From a virus (taxonomy: Duplodnaviria; Caudoviricetes), in IMG/VR virus record IMGVR_UViG_3300002301_000034, positions 1 through 40,571 of that record: a stretch of DNA of 40,571 nucleotides, one strand, 5' to 3'. The position numbers and the translations under genes are program-made. The notes beneath the pieces are model-generated. The model ran no database searches, was not told where the DNA came from, and worked only from the letters and a program-made list of their open reading frames with translations. Numbering within the stretch: position 1 is the first letter of the stretch; each line of letters starts with the position of its first letter. This document shows, one piece after another, positions 1 through 8,582 of this stretch.

Positions 1-1647
1 GAACAGGATCTTCACGAGTTGGCGCAGTCGATAATACAAGTAGGTGTTATAGAGCCGGTACTCGTCAGGCCTGTTGATGGTGATCAGTATATGATAGTAT
101 TTGGTGAACGTCGCTTCAGGGCATCCAAGCTCGCCCAGGCGGAGCAGGTAAATGTAAACACCATCCCTGCCATGGTGCGAACCCTCACCGATGACGAGGC
201 ACTTGAGCTGCAGATCACAGAGAACCTTCAGCGCCATGATCCACATCCTATGGAAGAGGCTGCATCGTTTAACCGCATGCGTGAAAAGTATGATGTAAAC
301 GAGATTGCTCTTCGTGCCGGTAAGTCTACAAAATTCATCGCTAACCGACTTTTGCTCAACAACCTGCTTCCTGACTTTCAAGAGATGTTTTTCACAGGAA
401 TTATTCCCATGGCGGATGCTTTCCTGCTGGCGAAGATATCCACCGACGGTCAGGATGCAATATTTAAAGAGGTTGTTGGTAAAAAGGATTGGCGCAAATC
501 AAAGAACTTCCAGCTGTACAATATTTCTAATCTGGTCAGGACACAGGCTAACGATTTAAGCAAAGCGCCGTTTAAAACTACAGATGCGACGCTTTATCCT
601 GAAATGGGAGCATGCGACAAGTGTCAATACAACTCACAGAATAATCTATTGTTATTCACGGAAGAAAAGGGACGCACCTGTACAAATGCTGTTTGCTTCA
701 ATATTAAATGCAGCAGGGCATATACCAAATCCATAGAAGAGGTAATGACGGATCCAACTATCCTTTTTGTCGCCGGTTACTTCTACGGAAAAGAAGCAAG
801 CGCCCGGGTAGACGCAGTTAAGAAAATGGGTGTTCACGTATTCACCGAATATGAATGGCGCGAAGTAACTGCGCCAGGGAAAAAACCTACATGGGCTGCC
901 TTTGAAAAAGACAGCTTAGAAGATTGGGATGAGGAGGAAGAAACGAAAGAAGAATTCCTGGCTAACCAGAAAGAGGTTTTTGATGATGAGGTAAAGGAAT
1001 GGGAGCAGCTTACAGCAGCTTTCAAAGATGGCACAGTTAAAAAGGCCTTCGTAGTCGTAGGTAATAAAGCCGGCAAGATTATCAATGTAATGCTCAAGAC
1101 CAAGGGTGGCAATAAAGTTGCGACTGACGGATCTGTCGATGCTGCATCACAGATAGTCGCTATCGAATTAAGAGAAAAGCGCGCGAAGGAATTGGATGCC
1201 GAGAAGGTTTGGGCGAAGGTCCGCTCCCTTGCCACAGCTGACGGATGGAAAGCATTAAGGCATGATGGACCATTGTCAGATAGCGAACGTGTCGCTCTAT
1301 CTATGGCTATATATGACAGCCTGGGATATTCAGAGCGTGATTATTTCACGGAACAGGTGTTGAAGCAAGAAGAAAGGCACTATCGCGGTACTTCAACAGC
1401 CATGGCCATTGAGAAAATTAATGAAGGGCAATTTAATCAGCTTGCCAGATTGTTGCTAAGCTCAAAGCTTTACCCTCCGACCAGTTCGCATGATGCGAGC
1501 AGCGCAAATTACTGCGGCAAAAAGGTTGTCGATCATTATTTCCCTGCCGAGGTAAAAGCGATCGAAGATGAGCAAAAAGAAAAGACCGACAAGCGGGTCA
1601 CAAGGGTTAACCAACGTATAGCTGCTCTCAAAAATGATAAATCATAA
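1..1647 (+). CDS. parB: ParB/RepB/Spo0J-family protein, 5' truncated by the window edge
   Basis: Frame open from base 1 (EQDLHELAQSIIQVGVIEPVLVR). ParB motifs IVFGERRFRAS and ENLQRHDPHPMEEA, an HTH, and a Cys cluster GACDKC...CTNAVC as in PRTRC-type ParB. Confidence 0.9.
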   Translation, partial: EQDLHELAQSIIQVGVIEPVLVRPVDGDQYMIVFGERRFRASKLAQAEQVNVNTIPAMVRTLTDDEALELQITENLQRHDPHPMEEAASFNRMREKYDVNEIALRAGKSTKFIANRLLLNNLLPDFQEMFFTGIIPMADAFLLAKISTDGQDAIFKEVVGKKDWRKSKNFQLYNISNLVRTQANDLSKAPFKTTDATLYPEMGACDKCQYNSQNNLLLFTEEKGRTCTNAVCFNIKCSRAYTKSIEEVMTDPTILFVAGYFYGKEASARVDAVKKMGVHVFTEYEWREVTAPGKKPTWAAFEKDSLEDWDEEEETKEEFLANQKEVFDDEVKEWEQLTAAFKDGTVKKAFVVVGNKAGKIINVMLKTKGGNKVATDGSVDAASQIVAIELREKRAKELDAEKVWAKVRSLATADGWKALRHDGPLSDSERVALSMAIYDSLGYSERDYFTEQVLKQEERHYRGTSTAMAIEKINEGQFNQLARLLLSSKLYPPTSSHDASSANYCGKKVVDHYFPAEVKAIEDEQKEKTDKRVTRVNQRIAALKNDKS

Positions 1648-1836
1648 ATGGGGGGGGGTAAATATCGCCGGCTTCAGTTCGAACTGGACGAAGCCGGCAT
1701 CACAACCCTCATACGGCGCATAGGCGCAAAATGGTATGAGGTGCATGTGAACTTCGAAATCAAAAAGAAGTACCGTCTTCGCAGGAGCTGCAACCGGTTT
1801 ATTGAAAAACTCCACAAAGAAAAATGTAATTTATGA
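1648..1836 (+). CDS. Small basic hypothetical protein
   Basis: Abuts the parB stop and overlaps the next start (ATGA). G9 run begins at the start codon. Confidence 0.5.
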   Translation: MGGGKYRRLQFELDEAGITTLIRRIGAKWYEVHVNFEIKKKYRLRRSCNRFIEKLHKEKCNL

Positions 1837-2405
1837 TAGATGCATATCCATTAAAATGGCCCAAAGGATGGCTGCGATCAACCACTCCACAATCCTCCAG
1901 GTTCAAAACTTCGCTCTCCGCAGCGCTGAAGAACGTGAATTCATCTCTGAAGCTCTTCGGAGCAGACAGCGCGCTACCAGTTAAAGAGATCGTGATCAGC
2001 AGTAACGTTTCCCTCGGCAATAGCAACCCGAAAGATGCCGGTGTTGCTGTATGGTTCCTGTGGGAAGATAAGCAGCTCTGTATCGCTGTCGACCGGTACA
2101 AAAAAGTAGAAGAGAACCTGCAGGCCATACACCTCGTTGTAGAGTCAAGGCGCACAGAATTAAGACATGGAGGATTACACCTGCTCCGCCAGGCATTCGC
2201 CGGTTTTAAAGCACTGCCGGAGGCTTCGGGATCAAAAAGCTGCTGGGATGTACTGGGCATAGAGCAAACCCAAAATAAAGACCTGATAAATGGCCGATAC
2301 CGCGAACTGTCAAAAACAGCTCACCCAAACGGCGGCGGCACAGCGGAATCATTCCTTGAGCTGCAGCAGGCCCGTGATCATGCAATTGAACTTTCAAAGC
2401 AGTAA
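1833..2405 (+). CDS. Phage protein with C-terminal J-like domain
   Basis: N-terminal AYPLKWPKGW typical of phage J proteins. C-terminal CWDVLGI...YRELSKTAHPNGGG...FLELQQA, with HPN in place of HPD. Confidence 0.85.
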   Translation: MIDAYPLKWPKGWLRSTTPQSSRFKTSLSAALKNVNSSLKLFGADSALPVKEIVISSNVSLGNSNPKDAGVAVWFLWEDKQLCIAVDRYKKVEENLQAIHLVVESRRTELRHGGLHLLRQAFAGFKALPEASGSKSCWDVLGIEQTQNKDLINGRYRELSKTAHPNGGGTAESFLELQQARDHAIELSKQ

Positions 2406-2409
2406 CACT

Positions 2410-2697
2410 ATGATGGTAAATATCGATGGTGCATGGCATGAGGTGCCAGACGCAGTAGCAAACAGGATGCAGGAATATTACGACACAATGAAAGCTGCAG
2501 TCGTAAAACTCGATGCCCTGGAGCCGGCCGTTAAACATCTGCGAAGGATGCAGATATCGTATTTCAAAGCACGGCCAATGTCTCCGGAAAAGGCCGCTTT
2601 GCTTATCAGGGCTAAAGAGGCCGAAACGGAGGTTGATAATATCTTGGCTGGCAACACGCAAAAGGAACAGGTAAGACAAAGCGAACTTTTCAGGTAA
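2410..2697 (+). CDS. Hypothetical protein
   Basis: ATG at 2410 just after the upstream stop; in frame with track ORF 2290..2697. Confidence 0.65.
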   Translation: MMVNIDGAWHEVPDAVANRMQEYYDTMKAAVVKLDALEPAVKHLRRMQISYFKARPMSPEKAALLIRAKEAETEVDNILAGNTQKEQVRQSELFR

Positions 2698-2715
2698 CAA
2701 TTTAAAATCAAATAA

Positions 2716-3102
2716 ATGGGATTTACAAAATTCAACGCTTCAAATATGGAAGCGACGCGACAGGGTGATTGTACAATCAGATTCGCCCGGTGTGGTAAAA
2801 ACACAGTAAGCAAAGCGCTTGCTACGGCCCTAAATATAAAAGACGGCGACAAGCTGAGTATTGTACAGGACGATGAAACGGACTGGCACCTTCTTTTGGG
2901 AGACAACGAAGGTTTTACCCTGCGCAAGCCCAAAGATGCCGGTTGTCTCATTTTCCAAAGCACAGCAATGGCCAGGACAATACTGGATGCACTCGATCAT
3001 GAAGATGAGAGTATCGGATTCAGAGTAGTTACGACACCTCAGAAAATAGACGGTGAAGAGTATTACCTGCTCCTGACTGCGGGGCCAATAAAAGGCAGGT
3101 AA
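2716..3102 (+). CDS. Hypothetical protein, possible AbrB-like segment
   Basis: A-rich leader. VSKALATALNIKDGDKLSIV resembles the AbrB/SpoVT pattern. Confidence 0.65.
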   Translation: MGFTKFNASNMEATRQGDCTIRFARCGKNTVSKALATALNIKDGDKLSIVQDDETDWHLLLGDNEGFTLRKPKDAGCLIFQSTAMARTILDALDHEDESIGFRVVTTPQKIDGEEYYLLLTAGPIKGR

Positions 3103-3107
3103 ACAAA

Positions 3108-3128
3108 TCCCCGGGTGCGAACCGGGGA
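3108..3128 (+). other. GC-rich hairpin without U-tract
   Basis: TCCCCGG-GTGCGAA-CCGGGGA directly after the stop at 3102. Confidence 0.45.
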
Positions 3129-3216
3129 AGTAATTGAATCAATAACAGATACGTTGGTACACGCACATTATGTGCCAATAAATCTGCCTTAATAAAATAT
3201 TAACAGCTGTGATATT

Positions 3217-4041
3217 ATGGCAAGACCAATTAAGAAAGGCTTAGAATATTATCCGCAGGATTCGGATATGTTCAATGACAGGAATATAAAAAGACTAATA
3301 AATGAATTTGGATCGAAGGGTTTTATCATATACGAATACATCAAATCGTTATGCTACAAGCAAAATGGTTACTGGGTAAAATTTGATGAAAATTTTTGTT
3401 TCGATTTATCTGATTCTCTAAGAGCAGGTATCAATGAAGAGCTTGCGATGGAGGTGTTGCTTGGGTGCATGCGTATCGGTCTTTTTGAAAAAAAGGTGTT
3501 CGATGCGTCCAATATTATCACTTCATCAGGAATACAGGAAATCTATCTATACGCAAAAAGAACCCCAGTTATTATACCCGGAATATGGGTTATTGCAAAC
3601 GAAACTAACGTTAATGTTCCCGAAACCACTGTTATTGATGTAAAAAGTACACAAATAAAAGTAAAGGAAAGTAAAGGAAACAATAACAATAGGGGAGATG
3701 ATTTTTTGGGAAGTCAAATCATTAAAGGTTTTCATTCACTGGACCTGCTGAAAGACAAGGTCCTTAAAGACCAACTCTTCATAGAGAACTTCTTCCGCAT
3801 CGGCATAGTGCCGGATAAACTGCCTGCCTGGTTAAATGCCTTTCACCGTTGGTTGTTATTCACAGGTGAGGAACTAAAGCAGGAGCGCGAATACCGTACA
3901 CACTTCAGGAACTGGATCGGACACATACCTGGTTATACGACAATGAACCCGGACGAATACCAACCCGTAAACCCAACGCCAGAAGCTGCGATTCCCGGAA
4001 TGACTGAAACAGAACGAAAACTTGCTGAACGATATAAATAA
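3217..4041 (+). CDS. Phage replication initiator (DUF4373/Lin1244-like N-terminus)
   Basis: MARPIKKGLEYYPQD...IKRLINEFGSKGFIIY...NGYW...ITSSGIQ. Directly upstream of dnaB, with internal iteron-like repeats. Confidence 0.8.
   Translation: MARPIKKGLEYYPQDSDMFNDRNIKRLINEFGSKGFIIYEYIKSLCYKQNGYWVKFDENFCFDLSDSLRAGINEELAMEVLLGCMRIGLFEKKVFDASNIITSSGIQEIYLYAKRTPVIIPGIWVIANETNVNVPETTVIDVKSTQIKVKESKGNNNNRGDDFLGSQIIKGFHSLDLLKDKVLKDQLFIENFFRIGIVPDKLPAWLNAFHRWLLFTGEELKQEREYRTHFRNWIGHIPGYTTMNPDEYQPVNPTPEAAIPGMTETERKLAERYK
3568..3690. repeat. Putative replication origin: four 21-bp-spaced iteron cores plus A-rich tract
   Basis: GTTATTA 3568, GTTATTG 3589, GTTAATG 3610, GTTATTG 3631, then AAAGTAAAGGAAAGTAAAGGAAACAATAACAATA. 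Confidence 0.6.
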
Positions 4042-4046
4042 TCCCT

Positions 4047-5537
4047 ATGTACGAAAAGAGAGACAACAGAAAACAAAAGCCGGATGTCGCCACTTTGATA
4101 TATGGTAAAGTGCCGCCGCAGGCAAAAGAATTTGAGATAGCTGTGTTGGGTTGCTGCATGGATGTCAATGGCAGAGCAATATTTGAGCAGGTGCTCGGAA
4201 TAATAAAATCTGAAGAGTGCTTTTACATTGATGCACATCAGAAGATCTTCGCTGCACTACTTCGCCTTTTCAATAAGAACATGCCTATAGACTTTATCCT
4301 GGTCACGGAGGAGTTAAGGAAAACGAATGAGCTTGAGTTAGTTGGTGGCGGAGCGTACCTGATGAGCTGCGTATCTAAAAATGTTACTGACGCGAATGTG
4401 GAGTATCACTGCAGGGTGTTGATGGAAAAATACTTACAGAGGGAGGTTATCCGAATTTGTGGTACAAGTACAGCCTTAGCCTACGAGCCGACTACGGAAG
4501 TTTTTGAGCTGCTGGATAAGACCAGTGATGATTTGTACAGGCTCGTTTCAAATAATATCCAGAAGGCACCAATGAGCATATTGGGTGGGATTTACTCTGT
4601 GATGAACAGAATGGAGGAGCAGAAACTGGCAGCTTCAGACTTTACCGGTATAACTACCGGGTTCAAAGAATTGGATGAGATCACTAACGGCTGGCAGAAA
4701 ACAGACCTTACTATACTCGCTGCGCGGCCATCGGTCGGTAAAACCGCTTTTGCTATCGCCTTGGTGCTCAATGCGGCGTTTGCCGGGCATGCTGTTGCAT
4801 TATTCAGCCTGGAGATGGGAATAGGCCAAATCATACAGAGAATGATTGCTGCCATCAGCGGAGTGGAAATGAATGCAATAAACCGGCCAAAAATGCTGAC
4901 ACCGTCAGAGTGGGACCGCGTAACCCAGGCATCAAATACTATTTCAAAGCTTCAGATCGTAATTGATGACTCTGCAGGCCTGACGGAGCAGGAGTTACGA
5001 GCCAAAGTCCGGAACCTGAAGCAAAAACACAATACTCAGCTGGTTATAATAGATTATCTACAGCTGATGTCAGGGACAGGAAAAGAAGGATCCCGTGAGC
5101 AGGAAGTAAGCAGAATCAGTCGCGGCATTAAGACAATGTCAAAAGACTGCGATGTTGCGACAATAGCACTTTCTCAGCTTAACCGCAGCATGGAAGGTGG
5201 TACTGGTGAGGCTAAAAGGGAGCCGAGACTATCAGATCTGCGAGAGTCAGGAGCCATTGAGCAGGATGCAGACAATGTGCTTTTCATCTCGGAACCCACA
5301 CCTGCATTTACCCAGGCACATCCGTTCTTCCTTGGTAAAAAGGTAATCACAATAGCTAAGGGCCGCAACATCGGTACTGGATTTATTGCTCTTGAATTCA
5401 ATAAGGACACGCAGAAGTGGCGCGATCCTGACAAAGGCGGCCCGCTGTTCAACGAAAAAACACCGAGCCAGGGCGGCTGGCGCCCACTTACTAGCCAGGA
5501 ATCCAAAGATGCTGCCGCTGGCGATACACCCTTTTAA
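4047..5537 (+). CDS. dnaB: Replicative DNA helicase
   Basis: KVPPQAKEFEIAVLG, Walker A AARPSVGKT, FSLEM, IIDYLQL, LSQLNR, LRESGAIEQDAD. Confidence 0.97.
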   Translation: MYEKRDNRKQKPDVATLIYGKVPPQAKEFEIAVLGCCMDVNGRAIFEQVLGIIKSEECFYIDAHQKIFAALLRLFNKNMPIDFILVTEELRKTNELELVGGGAYLMSCVSKNVTDANVEYHCRVLMEKYLQREVIRICGTSTALAYEPTTEVFELLDKTSDDLYRLVSNNIQKAPMSILGGIYSVMNRMEEQKLAASDFTGITTGFKELDEITNGWQKTDLTILAARPSVGKTAFAIALVLNAAFAGHAVALFSLEMGIGQIIQRMIAAISGVEMNAINRPKMLTPSEWDRVTQASNTISKLQIVIDDSAGLTEQELRAKVRNLKQKHNTQLVIIDYLQLMSGTGKEGSREQEVSRISRGIKTMSKDCDVATIALSQLNRSMEGGTGEAKREPRLSDLRESGAIEQDADNVLFISEPTPAFTQAHPFFLGKKVITIAKGRNIGTGFIALEFNKDTQKWRDPDKGGPLFNEKTPSQGGWRPLTSQESKDAAAGDTPF

Positions 5538-5564
5538 AATAATTGACGAACTAACTTTTTCATA

Positions 5565-5918
5565 ATGAAACAAACAATAATCGGGGTATGCCCGTCGAAG
5601 AGCAATTGCTATAAAATAATTACCCTTGGAAAACATGCTTCATTGGCGAAAACCCCTGCAATGAAAGCGTATGAAGACAACTTTTACATACAATGTGGCT
5701 ACTATCGGGACAAGATGATTAAAGGGTATTTTGAATTGCACATCGATGTATACTATCCTTCTGAACGTAGCGATCTTGATAACAGCCTAAAATGTGTCCT
5801 CGACTGCCTGCAAAGGATAAAGGCAATACCTAACGATAACAAATGCGTGAAGATCGTCGCCCGAAAATTCAAGGATCAGAATAATCCAAGGATTGAGTTT
5901 GAGATAACAGCTGCGTAG
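5565..5918 (+). CDS. rusA: RusA-like Holliday junction resolvase
   Basis: PSKSN...DVYYPSERSDLDNSLKCVLDCL...NDNKC...PRIEFEI. Confidence 0.85.
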   Translation: MKQTIIGVCPSKSNCYKIITLGKHASLAKTPAMKAYEDNFYIQCGYYRDKMIKGYFELHIDVYYPSERSDLDNSLKCVLDCLQRIKAIPNDNKCVKIVARKFKDQNNPRIEFEITAA

Positions 5919-5955
5919 TGTGAAACAATAAAAAGTGACTTAAAAGCATTGTTTG

Positions 5956-6447
5956 ATGAATACTGATAAATTAATATTGGATGCATGTTGCGGCAGCAGG
6001 ATGTTTTGGTTCGACAAGAATAACCCTGACGTTCTGTTTGCCGATATCCGCAGAGAGGAGCACGATCTGTGTGATGGCAGGCACCTTGTCGTAAATCCAG
6101 ATATCATTATGGATTTTACTAAAATGACTTTCCCGGACAACAGTTTCTATGCTGTATTCTTTGATCCACCGCACATGAATAAGCTCGGGAAAAATACATG
6201 GATGGCTCAAAAATACGGCAGGCTGCTGCCATCATGGGAGGACGATATCCGAGAAGGCCTTAACGAATGCATGCGTGTAGTCAAACCATACGGAATGGTT
6301 GTTTTCAAATGGAATGAAGCTCAGATCACACTTAACCAGGTACTGGCTGTTATCGACCATAAACCATTAGCCGGGCACGTTACCGGTAAGCATGGACGTA
6401 CAATTTGGATGACCTTTCTTAAAATCCCCCCCCCTATAAATATATAA
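5956..6447 (+). CDS. Small SAM-dependent, probably amino-DNA, methyltransferase
   Basis: ILDACCGSRMFW (motif I), FFDPPH (motif IV), ECMRVVKPYG, FKWNE. Confidence 0.85.
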   Translation: MNTDKLILDACCGSRMFWFDKNNPDVLFADIRREEHDLCDGRHLVVNPDIIMDFTKMTFPDNSFYAVFFDPPHMNKLGKNTWMAQKYGRLLPSWEDDIREGLNECMRVVKPYGMVVFKWNEAQITLNQVLAVIDHKPLAGHVTGKHGRTIWMTFLKIPPPINI

Positions 6448-6451
6448 AAAC

Positions 6452-6646
6452 ATGGATAACTCACATCTTCCTGAAATATTTTATTCCGATCGTCATTATT
6501 CCTATTACAGGGCTGAGGTCAAGTATGAATGCCGCGAGGGAAGCTATTATAAATTTAGAACACTCGGCGGGGCAGATTTGCTAATTGATGCCGACCACAC
6601 CCAGCTAATCAAAACTCAAGATCAAACCTATGGCAGCAGATACTAA
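6452..6646 (+). CDS. Hypothetical protein
   Basis: Tight co-directional packing after the MTase. Confidence 0.5.
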   Translation: MDNSHLPEIFYSDRHYSYYRAEVKYECREGSYYKFRTLGGADLLIDADHTQLIKTQDQTYGSRY

Positions 6647-6734
6647 AGACGTTTTATCAACCTGGGCCCGGAACGGCGCAGTGCTCGGAGTAGACTGCAG
6701 TAATATTTTGAAAGTGACTTAAAAGCAATAATCA

Positions 6735-6971
6735 ATGTTGGCTAAAATAACGGTAGATAATTCTTTCAATAGAATAAGGATAAAGATCAATGGCATCATA
6801 CATTTATCTCTTCCGCAGGAAGATGTAAGATGTCAGTCGTGGTTAGTTCCATCCAAGAGCTATTATGCCATCGAATACTACACACCCACCGGCGAGATCC
6901 TTTGCGAATATGACAGTAAAGACACTTGGCAATCTATATTAGTTGAACTTGAAAAACATAAAATTATATGA
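6735..6971 (+). CDS. Hypothetical protein
   Basis: A-rich leader, operon context. Confidence 0.6.
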   Translation: MLAKITVDNSFNRIRIKINGIIHLSLPQEDVRCQSWLVPSKSYYAIEYYTPTGEILCEYDSKDTWQSILVELEKHKII

Positions 6972-7071
6972 GGAAATATCAAGGCTGTCCACGCTGGCGC
7001 AATTCCATGCATGTGCGCATACACTGGGCGAAAGAACACGTTTATTGGGTTAAAAACTATAAAAACAAAAT

Positions 7072-7494
7072 ATGAAATTAGAAAATCAGGTATGCTCACT
7101 GGAGCAGGCGAAACGATTAATGGAGTTGGGAATAGAGCAATTTAATTCTCAGTTTTCCTATTGTACGATTATGCCGGATCCCACAGGCGAAACGTATTAC
7201 ACGGGTGTACTATACCGTGATTCTCCACAAGAAACGCTGGAGGAACATATCGCCGACGCTTTTACAGTTTCTGAACTGCAGATAATGTGCGGAAGTGTTG
7301 GAAATATTCACGTGTCTGATAAAGGTGATGCAAAAGGGAAATTCTACAGCGACATCAATCCGACCAGCGAGGAGCATAAGCAGCGGTTTGAGTATTACAA
7401 CACCCTTGCAGATGCGTTTGCAGCAAAGTTAATACGTGCTATAGATTCGGGATGGAAAACAGCAGAGGAATGTAATAAACGTTTAATGTCATGA
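7072..7494 (+). CDS. Hypothetical phage protein
   Basis: MKLENQVCSLEQAKRLMELG-type N-terminus; A-rich leader. Confidence 0.75.
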   Translation: MKLENQVCSLEQAKRLMELGIEQFNSQFSYCTIMPDPTGETYYTGVLYRDSPQETLEEHIADAFTVSELQIMCGSVGNIHVSDKGDAKGKFYSDINPTSEEHKQRFEYYNTLADAFAAKLIRAIDSGWKTAEECNKRLMS

Positions 7495-7997
7495 AAGTAC
7501 CTGCAGAGAAAGTAACCGCGTTCCTGGACCAGATTAAAGCGCTGGCCGAGGATATAAACTATACCATACGGTCAGGTGATGATGGATTTGAAGAAGCAGT
7601 AAATGATCAAGTCGGGAATATATCCAAGGCTATTGAGGTGTTTAAGCTGCAGGAGCTGTCAGTTGTTACACCAATAGAAAAAGCATCAAAGAAATACGCT
7701 CGTGAGTATGATCTCCTCGCCGACAAGCCCGAAAAAACTTCACACGAAAACATAATGCTTTATAAGTCCGAGATGTATTTTGCTATTAAAAGACAACTTA
7801 AAAGGAATATCGGCCTATCTGAATGCCCCAGCAGCGAACTGGAGAACTTCATTGAAGGCCTCATCGGTTACGATGCGAAATATGAAAAGCTTATCTACAC
7901 TAATGAATGGTTTTATACTTCATTGGCTGTGATCAAGGAGGTTGCCGATGAGATAATTGAGCAGCGAAAGAAAACGCCACAGCTGAAAATGTTTTAA
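7491..7997 (+). CDS. Hypothetical protein, last gene before the late region
   Basis: ATGA overlap with the previous gene. Its stop is followed immediately by the first promoter box. Confidence 0.7.
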   Translation: MKVPAEKVTAFLDQIKALAEDINYTIRSGDDGFEEAVNDQVGNISKAIEVFKLQELSVVTPIEKASKKYAREYDLLADKPEKTSHENIMLYKSEMYFAIKRQLKRNIGLSECPSSELENFIEGLIGYDAKYEKLIYTNEWFYTSLAVIKEVADEIIEQRKKTPQLKMF

Positions 7998-7998
7998 C

Positions 7999-8046
7999 GG
8001 GGTGAATATAACCCCAGAAGCAAAATAACACTCCGGTCTAACTTTA
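7999..8046 (+). promoter_or_regulatory. Putative late promoter P1
   Basis: GGGGTGAATATAAC at 7999-8012; TAACTTTA at 8039-8046, same spacing as P2-P4. Confidence 0.6.
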
Positions 8047-8050
8047 CGGT

Positions 8051-8250
8051 ACCGCGAAAGCGAACAACCAACAGGCAGGTAGAGCAGTTAAAAACGCCCT
8101 AAGCATGCTGTTGCCCGCTTCCCACAGCGGATTTCAATAGTATTTTCAATCAACATCGCCGGTAAGATGCCAGCTATAGCCAGTTAACTGGATAGCCTGG
8201 TATTACTTGTTTACGAGGGGATACAAGGGGTGTCCTGTGGCCGAAAACCC
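8051..8250 (+). ncRNA. Candidate structured non-coding RNA
   Basis: No ORF >=60 aa on +; lies downstream of P1. Stems: CGC-GAAA-GCG, CAACAG/CTGTTG, CCGCT/AGCGG, ATGCCAG..CCAG-TTAA-CTGG..CTGGTAT, CTTGT/ACAAG. Confidence 0.5.
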
Positions 8251-8251
8251 G

Positions 8252-8301
8252 AGGGGGTGAATATAACTTTTTCAACCCGGTAACGCGCTGCCATAGCTTT
8301 G
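8252..8301 (+). promoter_or_regulatory. Putative late promoter P2 (terminase operon)
   Basis: AGGGGGTGAATATAACTTTTT 8252-8272, 21 nt spacer, TAGCTTTG 8294-8301, ATG at 8306. Confidence 0.75.
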
Positions 8302-8305
8302 TTAC

Positions 8306-8578
8306 ATGCCAAACAGTCCATATAGTCAAAATATCAATGTAGCGCAGATAAACGATGCGTTGCAAACGTATGCAGGGCAATCAACCATCACAGACGGTCT
8401 TGCTGCAATGAAAACGGCAATCATAGCAGGTATTGCCAGCGCTGCCGACTGCGTACAATGCGGTGCTACTGGTAAGGTAGATGCAGGAGCGTCAATATGC
8501 CCGCTCTGTAGCGGCATGACAAAAACATCAGGACAGTACAAGATACAGCCGTCTGTCGTAACCTACGTAAAGCTATAG
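8306..8578 (+). CDS. Small zinc-finger protein (DnaJ-type CxxCxGxG-like pair)
   Basis: CVQCGATG...CPLCSG. First gene after P2, probably leaderless. Confidence 0.7.
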   Translation: MPNSPYSQNINVAQINDALQTYAGQSTITDGLAAMKTAIIAGIASAADCVQCGATGKVDAGASICPLCSGMTKTSGQYKIQPSVVTYVKL

Positions 8579-8582
8579 CACC

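Noticed and set aside
1654-1702. GGGGGTAAATATCGC as another late box
   Set aside because: Three mismatches and no -7 octamer at the conserved spacing.
6426-6434. C9 run as a phase-variation switch of the MTase
   Set aside because: It lies in the last few codons, and the frame of the next ORF has a stop at 6437, so no fusion or knockout results.
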